Shown: piece after piece, positions 21,338 to 32,300 of the stretch
Layout of the letters: every line of letters begins with the position of its first letter
Position numbering within the stretch: position 1 is the first letter of the stretch
From: Macrostomum lignano
Taxonomy: Eukaryota
Length of the DNA stretch: 64,000 nucleotides
Direction of reading: 5' to 3'
Assembly: GCA_002269645.1 (NCBI GenBank)
Contig: NIVC01000702.1
Coordinates: forward strand, 372,001-436,000
Program-made: the position numbers and the translations under genes
Notes under the pieces: model-generated
Database searches by the model: none
Told to the model about the DNA's origin: nothing
What the model saw: only the letters and a program-made list of their open reading frames with translations

Positions 21338-24300
21338 ATGGTGAGTCACCACTTATACTATAGCACATGATTTACCTGTCACTTCACCAAGTGTGAGAGA
21401 CGGTCAGTAAATTTACCACCTATGGTTTTTGCGAAACAGTTGTCACTCTTTAAAAACGGTCACTCCAAATCGGTCAATCAATACAGCGGATACTTTACAA
21501 CTGTCACTCTAGAGACAGTCACTGTTATCTACGAGTAAAAGTGTCACTTATTCCACAGGTTTCCCTCCACAAGTCACCCACAAATCACTTCAAAAGTCAC
21601 TCCACAAGTCAAAATTCACTCCACAAGTCACTCCACAAGTCACAATACAAGTCACTCCACAAGTCAAAATTCACTCCACAAGTCACTCCACAAGTCAAAA
21701 GTCACTCCAAAAGTCACTCCACAAGTCACTCCACAAGTCACCCAACAAGTCACTCCACAAGTCACTCCACAAGTCACTCCACAAGTCACTCTAAAAGTCA
21801 CTCCACAAGTCAAAATTCACTCCACAAGTCACTCCACAAGTCAAAAGTCACTCCAAAAGTCACTCCACAAGTCACTCCACAAGTCTCTCTACAAGTCACC
21901 CACAAGTCACTCTACAAGTCACTCCACAAGTCACTCTACAATTCACTCTACAAGTCACCCACAAGTCACTCTACATGTCACTCCTCAAGTCACTCTACAA
22001 GTCACTCCCCACACTATCCCCACCCGGCAGAACGCATCCAACAGCGCGGAGGCCCCGCAGGCGGGCGAAGGCGAGGCAGCTGACGAGAACGAGGCTCGCG
22101 GAAACTGGACCGGCCAGTTCGACTTCCTGCTGTCCTGCATCGGCTACGCCGTGGGCCTCGGCAACGTGTGGCGCTTCCCCTACCTGTGCTATAAGAACGG
22201 CGGAGGTGCCTTCCTGATCCCCTACCTGATCATGCTGGGTGTCGCCGCCCTGCCGCTGTTCTACATGGAGGTGGCGTTTGGTCAGTTCGGCAACCTGGGC
22301 CCCGTCACCATCTGGAAGGCGTGCCCGCTGCTGAAAGGTATCTGTTGGACTGCGTCTGAGGTTATTCACCTGAGTCACACCTGTTCCTGAAGTTCTGTTT
22401 GACTGAGGCTGAGGTTATTCACCTGGGTCCCACCTGTTCCTGAAGTTCAGTTGGACTGAGGCTGAGGTTATTCACCTGGGTTACACCTGTTCCTGAAGTT
22501 CTTTTGGACTGAGGCTGAGGTTATTCACCTGGGTCAAACCTGTTCCTGAAGTTCTGTTTGACTGAGTCTGAGGTTATTCACCTGGGTCACACCTGTTCCT
22601 GAAGTTCTGTTTGACTGAGGCTGAGGTTATTCACCTGGGTTACACCTGTTCCTGAAGTTCTGTTGGACTGCGGCTGAGGTTATTCACCTGGGTCACACCT
22701 GTTCCTGAAGTTCTGTTGGACTGAGGCTGAGGTTATTCACCTGGGTCACACCTGTTCCTGAAGTTCTGTTGGACTGAGGCTGAGGTTATTCACCTGGGTC
22801 ACACCTGTTCCTGAAGTTCTGTTGGACTGAGGCTGAGGTTATTCACCTGGGTCACACCTGTTCCTGAAGTTCTGTTGGACTGAGGCTGAGGTTATTCACC
22901 TGGGTCACACCGGTTCCTGAAGTTCTGTTGCACTGAGGCTGAGGTTATTCACCTGGGTCACACCTGTTCCTGAAGTTCTGTTTGACTGAGTCTGAGGTTA
23001 TTCATCTGGGTCACTCCTGTTCCTGAAGTTCCAACTATCCTGAAGTCCTGAAGTCCCTGCTCCGGAAGTTGCGAACCGAAGTGCTTCTCCGGCTGTCCAA
23101 GAATCCCGAAGCTCAGTCAATTTCTCAGCCAAACTCATTTTCACTGCTCAACAACCGCCACCCCGCAGGTACGGGCTGGGCGATGGTCAGCATCTCAGCG
23201 CTGGTCTCCATCTACTACAACGTGATCATAGCCTGGGCCCTGTTCTACCTGTTCGCCTCATTCAACTCCAAGGTGCCCTGGGCGGATTGCAACAACTATT
23301 GGAACGATTTTCACTGCCGGGACCTCAGCGTCAGCACCACCAACGCCACTCACAATGTGCCCGGGAATCTCAGAGCCGGTTTCAATCGTAAGCGTCTTGG
23401 ATTTTGGATATTTGGGATGTCAGACTAGCGCCAAGATCAGATCAAGGTAGCGCCAAGTTCAGGTCAAAGTAGCGCCAAGATCAGGTGAGGGTAGCGCCTA
23501 GATCAGGTCAAAGTAGCGCCAAGATAAGGTCAGGGTAGCGCCAAGATCAGGTCAGGCTAGCGCCAAGATCAGGTGAGGGTAGCGCCAAGATCTGGTGAGG
23601 GTAGCGCCGAGATCAATTGAGGGTAGCGCCGAGATCAGGTGAGGGTAGCGCCAAGATCAGGTGAGGGTAGCGCCGAGATCAGGTGAGGGTAGCGCCGAGA
23701 TCAGGTGAGGGTAGCGCCGAGATCAGGTGAGGGTAGCGCCGAGATCAGATGAGGCTAGCGCAAAGATCAGGTGAGGCTAGCGCCAAGACCAGTTGAGGCT
23801 AGCGCCAAGATCAGGTGAGGCTAGCGCCGAGATCAGGTGAGGCTAGCGCCAAGATCAGGTCAGGGTAGCGCCAAGATCAGGTGAGGCTAGCGCCAAGATC
23901 AGGTGAGGGTAGCGCCGAGATCAGGGTGAGGCTAGCGCCAAGATCAGGTGAGGCTAGCGCCAAGATCAGGTGAGGGTAGCGCCGAGATCAGGGTGAGGCT
24001 AGCGCCAAGATCAGATCAAGGTAGCGCCAAGATCAGGTGAGGGTAGCACCAAGATCAGATCAAGGTAGCGCCAAGATCAATCTTGAGGCGTCCTTAGAAT
24101 TTCCTAGCGAAACGACTCAGGTATGAACATTAAAGATAATGACGCCATTTTCAACGAAAAATTACTTTCCAAGGCAATATGCAGCTGATGCTACTCACAA
24201 ACTACGGTTCAGTGCTTCTAAATAACTTTTCCAAGCTAAACTAAGCCAAACTCTTGATTAAACCATAACAGCTAATCCGGAGGCCTGCTCCCAGGATTTA

Positions 24301-27053
24301 AAGACCAACTGTACTCAATATCAAACTCCGAGCGAGCAGTACTTTGAGTAAGTGAAGGTGCAATTAAACTGATTCAGTATTTTTGTTTTAATTTCTTGTC
24401 TGACATTCCTGAAACTTGATGTTTAACCTTTCAACTTTTTAACTTTGCGCAGACGAGTGATGCTGGGCTACACCAGTTTAAACGGAGCAATCAAGAAAAT
24501 GTCCGACCCCATCGGACCGCCGCAATGGCACGTGACCTTGTGCCTGCTGTTGGCCTGGATCATCATCTACGCGTGCCTGCTCAAGGGAGTCAAGACTTCT
24601 GGGAAGGTTTGTGCTTTTGAGATGCATCTGAAATTGTGTTTACAGTGGTCAGGTCAAGGTTTGTACTTCAGCAATCTATCTGAATTTTTGTTTACAGTGG
24701 TCAGGTCTAGGTTTGTACTTTAGCAATCTATCTGAAATTGTGTTTACAGTTGTCAGGTCAAGGTTTGTACTTTAGCAATGTATCTGAAATTGTGCTTACA
24801 GTGGTCAGGTCTAGGTTTGTACTTTAGCGATGCATCTGAAATTGTGTTTACAGTGGTCAGGTCAAGGTTTGTACTTTAGAAATGCATCTGAAATTGTGTT
24901 TACAGTGGTCAGGTCAAGGTTTGTACTTTAGCAATGCATCTGAAATTGTGTTTAAAGTAGTCAGGTCAAGGTTTGTGTGTTTGTGATGCACCTGATATTG
25001 TGTTTACAGGTCTGTGAGGTCGCGACTCTGACATGTAAATAAACGCGTCTGACAGCTAGACGTGTTTGAAAACACGTGTCTAAAAAGGTGACATTACAGA
25101 TGACATTTGGTATTGATAATGCCAGATGTATCTGACGGATGAACGGACGCTGCCTTCACCTCCCCAGGTGGTGTACTTCACCGCCACATTTCCCTATCTC
25201 GTGCTGGTGATTCTCCTCATCCGCGGCGTCACGCTGGAGGGCGCCAAGGACGGCATCCTTTTTTACTTGAAACCCGATTTCAGCTTGCTACTTACATCTG
25301 AGGTAATTAATCTGTTTTGGCTCTGCTAAACAGCAGGTGTTAAGTGTTTATTTAGAAGCCGCAATTCCTGGAAATTTGTTTTCAAGATCTGGTCTGCGGC
25401 GGCGGTGCAGATTTTCTACTCGCTTGGCGTCGCCTTCGGCTGCCTGACGACCATGTCCAGTTATAACAAGTTTCGGAACAATTGCTACAAGTGAGTCGCT
25501 TAGCTCAATGAGTCTGCTTCTTTTATCGATCAATAAAGTAACGTTTATTGCTACGTAATCTCGCCACCAGTGATGGATGCAGTTCTAAAACTAGGGGGGG
25601 GGGGGCGGAGTGCCCTTGCGCACAAAATTGACCTCATGTTACGTCATGTGACTCTCGAGAAACCGAGTGCTTACATGCCTGTCAATGAGAAACTCAGAGT
25701 CTCTGTACACCTTGAATGAGCATAACTTTTCATCCTCAACAAACCCAACGATCGTCACTGCAGAGATGTCCTCATCTTAGCGGGCATCAACAGCGGCACG
25801 TCAATATTCGCCGGTTTCGCCATCTTCTCGGTGATCGGTTTCATGGCGCACAAGACCGGCCTGCCGGTGGCCGAGGTGACCAAGAGCGGTCCGGGTTTGG
25901 CGTTCGTCGCCTATCCCGAGGGCCTCGCCGCCATGCCCGTCGCTCCGCTCTGGAGCGTGCTGTTCTTCATCATGATCATAACGCTGGGCGTCGATTCGCA
26001 ATTTGCTTTCGTTGAGAATGTGCTCACGACTTGCATGGACGAGTGGCCCTGGTTGCAGGAGAACTTCACTAAGCAGGCAATATTCAAGTCAGTCGTGTGC
26101 CTTGTCATGTTTCTGCTTGGCATTCCAATGTGCTGTCCTGGAGGAATTTACTATTTCGCAATGCTTAACGACTACTGCGCTTACTATAACCTGTTCGTCG
26201 TGGCTATCGTAGAGATGCTCGGAATCTCATACCTGTATGGAATAAAAAACTTTCTGAACGACATTCAGATGATGCTGGGATTCCGTCCGGGGCCTTACTG
26301 GATCGCCTGTTGGCTTGGGATCACTCCGGCTCTCATTTTGGTAAGATTTCCTCAAACTAGAGTTGAAAGCAGACGTGGGGTGGATTCAAAATCATTTCAA
26401 GGTCACTTGAAGTTGCTGTTGTTATTTGCGTCGTTATAGTTAAAAGCTGTTGACACGTGACTTATCTTACGTTCAAGAAGCCTGAGTGAAAGTAGTTTTA
26501 AGGCTGTAACTTTTTGGCAACTTCCGCGGGTATGTCACGACCCAGTTATGATGATTGAACATGTACGCTCGTATGTCGGAACATGCAATAAGCAAGAATT
26601 CACATGTAGCCTTAGTCAGCTTAACTAAGGACCTCAACTGCGTGCGCACACGTTAGAAGCAGTCTTCTCGCGCACCGGATAAATTAAAGAGTACATGTAG
26701 CTTCATACTTTTCTGTCTCTGGCTTACTATAGTTAGTCGACATAAGATTTTTACGGTAGCGCATCTTAAAATCGATGTCAACCAACCCGCAGTTCATTGC
26801 GATCTTCTCGCTGGTCAAGTACCAATCACCAAGCTACAACTCGGAGCCGTTCACCATTTGGGGCGAAGCGATGTGCTGGCTAATGATGGTTGGCTCTGTG
26901 CTCTTCATCCCCTGCTGCGGAATCTGCGAGGTCTGGCGTCGGGGTGGACTGACGGCCGCTCTCAAGGAGACGCCCGATTGGGGCCCGCCTGTGGAGGCCT
27001 TCTGGCTGGAAAGCGACAAGTATCGAGAAAAGCTGAAACAGATGAACACGTAA
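21338..27053 (+). CDS. SLC6 Na+/Cl- amino-acid (proline/glycine-type) transporter, copy B, intact, about 611 aa
   Basis: Exons: 21338-21340 (ATG; alternative ATG at 21332), 22031-22337, 23169-23387, 24272-24347, 24453-24606, 25168-25302, 25387-25490, 25764-26340 and 26793-27053. Phases are consistent and the total is 1836 nt. TM1 [14 protein letters not shown] has Gly rather than the Asp of monoamine transporters, so the substrate is an amino acid. The closest recalled motifs are SLC6A7/GlyT-like. Confidence 0.9.
21570..22012 (+). repeat. 12-bp minisatellite (CACAAGTCACTC)n in SLC6-B intron 1
   Basis: Inverted counterpart of 19141-19860, but shorter. Confidence 0.93.
22338..23030 (+). repeat. 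53-bp minisatellite in SLC6-B intron 2, about 13 units
   Basis: Begins at the donor; inverted counterpart of 17965-18810. Confidence 0.95.
23425..24080 (+). repeat. 22-bp minisatellite in SLC6-B intron 3
   Basis: Unit TAGCGCCAAGATCAGGTGAGGG/C; inverted counterpart of 16610-17395. Confidence 0.95.
24607..25010 (+). repeat. 52-bp minisatellite in SLC6-B intron 5, about 7-8 units
   Basis: Begins at the donor; inverted counterpart of 15421-16042. Confidence 0.95.
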
Positions 27054-28696
27054 GTAAAACAAAGCCTTTGAAGCTGTACGGCATTGATTTTTTTGTTCCA
27101 AGATAGCGTACATTGCTTTCTGACATTCACGCGATCAACGCGTGATCTCAAGGTTTGCAAACCTACACAGTGTACATTTATTCCAAGCACGATTAACATT
27201 AAGGGCGTACGCTTGATTTCAAGGTCACAGCGCTTGAATCTAATTTTAACGCGCGATCAACGCGTGATTTCAAGGTCACCAGCCTACGCTGTGCGGCACA
27301 CATTTAATTGACACCACATACGCGTGATTTCTACGTAACACGCTTGGATGTACTTGAAATTCTCTCATGCAATCAACGGCGTGATTCAAGGGTCAACCAC
27401 TTAAACAGATTCTAACACGTGATCAACGTGTGGATTTATAGGCCTCAAGAAAGCGTATGTTACGAGCTATATCTAGATACACACCAATGCAAGGAACCAC
27501 TTCAAAATTAAAATGATATATAAATTCAAGGAATGTTAAAATGTACCAGCAAACCCTCTTTAGTTATTTTCTGTGGATAATTTACATTCACGTCAATCTT
27601 CTCGACTATATTTAACTAACTGTCAGGCCAGCTACAGATCCCGTGACAGGACATGAAAACCGGCCGGGTGTTGACGATTTCAGCCAGCCCTCGAACACGA
27701 AGGAAACCAAAACGTAACAACAGAGCTCAGATGCGTTTCGGCAAGAAGCCGCAGAATCAACTTTGAAAAAGAAACATTGAATCCCAGTAATATATCCCCA
27801 CTGAAAACATTTGACAAGCACGCGGGTAGGCGCTTTGTCCGGCTTTGATGGGATCCCACCCGCATTTTTACGTAAGCCACAGCCGTCCAAATCGGTTTGT
27901 GAAATTTTCATTGAAAACTCTAAAAATAAACAAACGGAAAAATGTGAAGGCTTGTCCACATCCGTTTAATGTGGACAAGCAATTTTTTGTTGCTTCTATC
28001 TCTCCAATTTCAAGCTTTTTTTTAGTCCTTGCAGACAGTTTAATTTAAATTTCAGTATTTTACCATGTAGTTTTGTCACCTGTTATTGTCACATTGTCAC
28101 ACAACCGGCGAGAGGCATTGCTGCCCATTCCGCCGACTCCCCTGAGCAGGCGCACAAGCGCGCGGATACGTACGCAGTCATACGCACAGGCACACACTCA
28201 CACAGGAGTGCACAGCGGCCCTAACTTTATTCTGGTTTGGCATGTACACTTCACTGTGCCTTGAGAGTTGGCTCTGCCTCGCATGCACTGCATTCACCGA
28301 CTTCTTCCTCATCATTTTCCCCTGATATTCAATCAGCAAGTTGTCTATGGTAAAAGCTTCCAAATCGATTATACTCGTAAAAGCCAATTAATTGTGCATG
28401 ATTAAAATTTTTATAACGTTAAGTTTTTCTCAGCATGCAGTCAATTAAATAGTTTTGCAGTTTTACCATTGTAGCCAAAATGAGTGTCTGCGGCGCCAAA
28501 ATGATCAACACGGTGATTCCCAAAATAATATAGGAAATTGGTTATGTACATGTAGAATTCTCGGCTTTGGCCCCCGGCCTCCCACAATAAAATCCATACT
28601 GGAAATTTGCACCCCCGTTTTCATACATGTGCATGAATATACGGATATATATATATACATGTATGTCAATAATATGAAAACCTTATTTGTTCAAAG

Positions 28697-28950
28697 GGGG
28701 TTAGAGCGTCGGACTTGCACGACTTGAAAGTCGGAGGTTCGATTCCCGATCTCACTGGAACATGCAGTTTGTATCCTTGAGCAAGACACTTAACTCTGCA
28801 TGGGCTTCAGTTCACCCATCTGTAAAATGGGTGCCAGCATTAGCTGGGGTAATTGGGGCTGGGTGTGGCAACCCCCCCCCCCCAGTCCTTGGACTGAACA
28901 GCCGTACGCAGCCTTCAGATGCGCCGCGTAATGCATCAATCAACTCTTGA
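28697..28950 (+). mobile_element. tRNA-derived SINE with a CORE (MIR-like) central domain
   Basis: Truncated A-box GGTTAGAGCG and B-box GGTTCGATTCC (28736-28746). These are followed by TCCTTGAGCAAGACACTTAAC...CAGTTCACCCATCTGTAAAATGGG, which resembles the recalled CORE consensus ACCTTGGGCAAGTTACTTAAC...CAGTTTCCTCATCTGTAAAATGGG. The 3' end is uncertain. Confidence 0.65.
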
Positions 28951-29385
28951 CTTGTTGGTTTCGATGTACATTACACATGTAACTAAAATCAGAAAAGTCA
29001 ACAAATTTTCATAATGCTTTAATTAAGAGATAAAATATGTAGTTTATTGAATATGTTGTATTTATATTGCATATAGGGTATATACAGAATAAATATTTAA
29101 TTTTTAAATAATCGTTTTAAACAATTTTTACTTTGCAGCAACGTATGACAAAAAGTACACAGAGTACCTTCTATGGCGCGCGATGAATATTGTGGTTCGA
29201 ATAAGTTCAACAAAAATTGAGCGATTTGTTGAAGAAAAGAATGTACAGAAAATTGAAAAATACAAATAAGCAAATGTTTGTCATTTTTATGCAAAATCGC
29301 TGTTTATAAGCTTTTATTCTTACTACTCTACTTAACTGAAATGTAAGTAGTGTAGTTTGTGTGTTTTATGGAATTGATTTTTTCA

Positions 29386-32300
29386 TTAAACAAAGCTGGC
29401 TTCAGTGTACGGACTAAATGGAGCTCTCTGCTGCATCGCGTGCAACTGCTGTTGCTGCGTCTGCTGCAATGGAAATCCCGCGGATTTTCCGTCGACACTG
29501 AACCCGCCTCGGGGCAGAGTGTGGCTCTGCCGGCGCGGCTGGGGTGTCGATAAGACGGCGCGATTTCCGCCGACACCGCCGCGGCCCTCGATTTCGTAAT
29601 AACGATGCGACATTGGCTGTTGCTGCTGTTGCAGAGTCTGCTTTTTCTGGCCTTGGCTGGGCTGATGCTGCTGTTGCGATGAAGAGTCCAGAGTCTGGTA
29701 GTGCTGAGACAGCGGCTGACGGCGGGACGAAACAGCGACAGTTGACTGGCGGGGAAGCTCCGAGTCAGTGGCACCGCCTGGAAGGTGAAATGATCGGGAT
29801 CCACCCAGATTTGATTTGAGATCTACTCAGCACTGAATCGGGATCTACTCAGCACTGAATCGGGATCTACTCAACACTGAATCGGGATCTATTTAACACT
29901 TAACTGGGATCTACTCAGCACTGAATCGGGATCTACTCAGCACTGAATCGGGATCTACTCAGCACTGAATCGGGATCTACTCAGCACTGAATCGGGATCT
30001 ACTCAGCACTGAATCGGGATCTACTCAGCACTGAATCGGGATCTACTCAACACTTAATTGGGATCTACTCAGCACTGAACCGGGATCTACTCAGCACTGA
30101 ATCGGGATCTACTCAGCACTGAATCGGGATCTACTCAACACTGAATCGGGATCTATTTAACACTTAACTGGGATCTACTCAGCACTGAATCGGGATCTAC
30201 TCAGCACTGAATCGGGATCTACTCAGCACTGAATTGGGATCTACTCAACACTGAATCGGGATCTACTTAACACTTAATTGGGATCTACTCAGCACTGAAT
30301 CGGGATCTACTCAACATTGAATCGGGATGTACTCAGCACTGAATTGGGATGTACTCAACATTGAATCGGGATCTACTCAGCACTGAATCGGGATCTACTC
30401 AGCACTGAATCGGGATCTACTCAGCACTGAATTGGGATCTACTCAACACTGAATCGGGATCTACTTAACACTTAATTGGGATCTACTCAGCACTGAATCG
30501 GGATCTACTCAACATTGAATCGGGATGTACTCAGCACTGAATTGGGATGTACTCAACATTGAATCGGGATCTACTCAGCACTGAATCGGGATCTACTCAA
30601 AAATGAATTGAGATCTCAGGAACAATCCTGAGCAGCAATAACAGGTGTCACTCACCCAGACTCAGACTAGCTGAAGAGTACAGCCGATCCCGAGTGACGG
30701 TCGCGTGTTTGAGTTTGTTAAGCTGAAGCATCTGCTGCTGGTGCTGCAACTGCTGAGCGCTGCTGTAGGCTCCGTAATCATCCTGTGTTACAAATTGTGT
30801 TACAATATTATTTTTCATGACAAACTGTGGCAGGTTCTAATGCGATTTAGCTGGCCAAGTTTTAATTGGGGATTTGGATTAGGGATCTCTTTTAGTGAAT
30901 TCTATCCGATTTGTACTTCCCGACTGCGCTGTCTATCTTCTCTCCCTCTCCTCTCTGCCTTGCCTCCTCTCGCTCTCTTCTCTCCCTCTCCTCTCTGCCT
31001 TGCCTCCTCTCGCTCTCTTCTCTCCCTCTCCTCTCTGCCTTGCCTCCTCTCGCTCTCTTCTCTCCTCTCCCTCCTCTCCCTCTCTTCTCTCCCTCCTTTC
31101 CCTCCTTTCTCTCCCTCCTCTCCCTCTCTTCTCTCCCTCCTCTCCCTCCTTTCTCTCCCTCCTCTCCCTCCTTTCTCTCCCTCCTCTCCCTCCTTTCTCT
31201 CCCTCCTCTCCCTCTCTTCTCTCCCTCCTCTCCCTCTCTTCTCTCCCTCCTCTCCCTCTCTTCTCTCCCTCCTCTCCCTCTCTTCTCTCCCTCCTCTCCC
31301 TCTCTTCTCTCCCTCCTCTCCCGCTCCCTATCCCCCTCTCTACCTCTCCCCTCTCCTCTTCACCTCTTCTCTCCCTCTCCCCCCCTCCCCTTTTCCTCTC
31401 TTCTCTCCATTCTCCCTTCCCTTTTATCCCTCTACTCCCCTTAATTACACCCTCAACACCGGCAACCTCATCTCACCCCATCCTCAACTTTCTTTCATGT
31501 TGATCGCAAACGTTTCCCATTAAGCAACCATTTTTTCCTACAACTATCACCATCCCTTTATCTACATCACTAATCATTGATGCTCAAAGCTCAATTTCTT
31601 TCTCCTTTGCATTGGACACAAAGAACTGATTTCGAACTTGCATACTTGCTCCAACCTAAAGCTAGACCTGCCCCAACTCAAACACTCATTAATAATAACC
31701 AGTTTAAAAAAATCAGTCATATCCAATCCATACGAAAAAATATACCAACTTAAGTATAAAAATATGAAGCTTATAAAATCTATACACAAGGGACTACGAG
31801 TATAAATATTCGTCAGGCGAGAGGATCGGACACATAACAAAATTAATACTCTCTCGTATCACCCGGCGTCCCCAATAAAATCAGTCCGAGGGATGCGTCA
31901 TTAATCTACTGGGCAACAAATTAGTTATAACAAAAAAGATAGCCAGTCCCCTCTGTATGCAGCAGTGGGTTTTGAGTCCGCTCGAGCGGTCAAGACTTTA
32001 ATCAGGATGAACAAAAAGTACTCAAGGGTTACCCCCGCTACTTACAGTTTATATCCCCTGTCGCTTCAGTTTTTCCCAGACCCACGAGTATACCCTTCAT
32101 TTAACTTTACCTTGATTTATTAAGCTTAATTATCTACAGAATTAATAAAATAAAATTTACCTCAACGTTGAAGTTTGTCTTATAAGTTGGCGGGCAGTAA
32201 TAAGGACTTTGCTGGTCAATCATCTTTGCGTGCACACTGTCGGGATCTGAAGTTGAGCATTGTTTATTGGGATTTTTTACAAAATTAAATCCTTTCTATT

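Larger units (their letters stand above)
12893..27080. repeat. Large inverted duplication (arms about 12893-20166 and 21255-27080) with a ~1.1-kb spacer
   Basis: Exons, small introns and intronic minisatellite families of arm A are the reverse complement of those in arm B. Confidence 0.95.

Noticed and set aside
24085-24126. Conserved CAG|GTATG donor-like site in SLC6 intron 3 (also at about 16526 in copy A) as a micro-exon
   Set aside because: The nearest acceptor gives 13 nt (frameshift), and the 33-nt option has a TAG in copy B. Exons 3 and 4 already join in phase.
25568-25760. Possible TIR element CAGTGATGGAT ... ATCGTCACTG in SLC6-B intron 7
   Set aside because: Poor terminal match and no TSD.
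28203-28617. Possible MITE with CAGGAGTGCA / TGCACCCCCG ends
   Set aside because: Short imperfect termini and no TSD; cannot be supported by eye.
29820-30600. CRISPR-like appearance of 22-29-bp periodic arrays (also 36880-38160 and 48090-50010)
   Set aside because: Units are contiguous with no unique spacers, there are no cas genes, and the context is eukaryotic introns.
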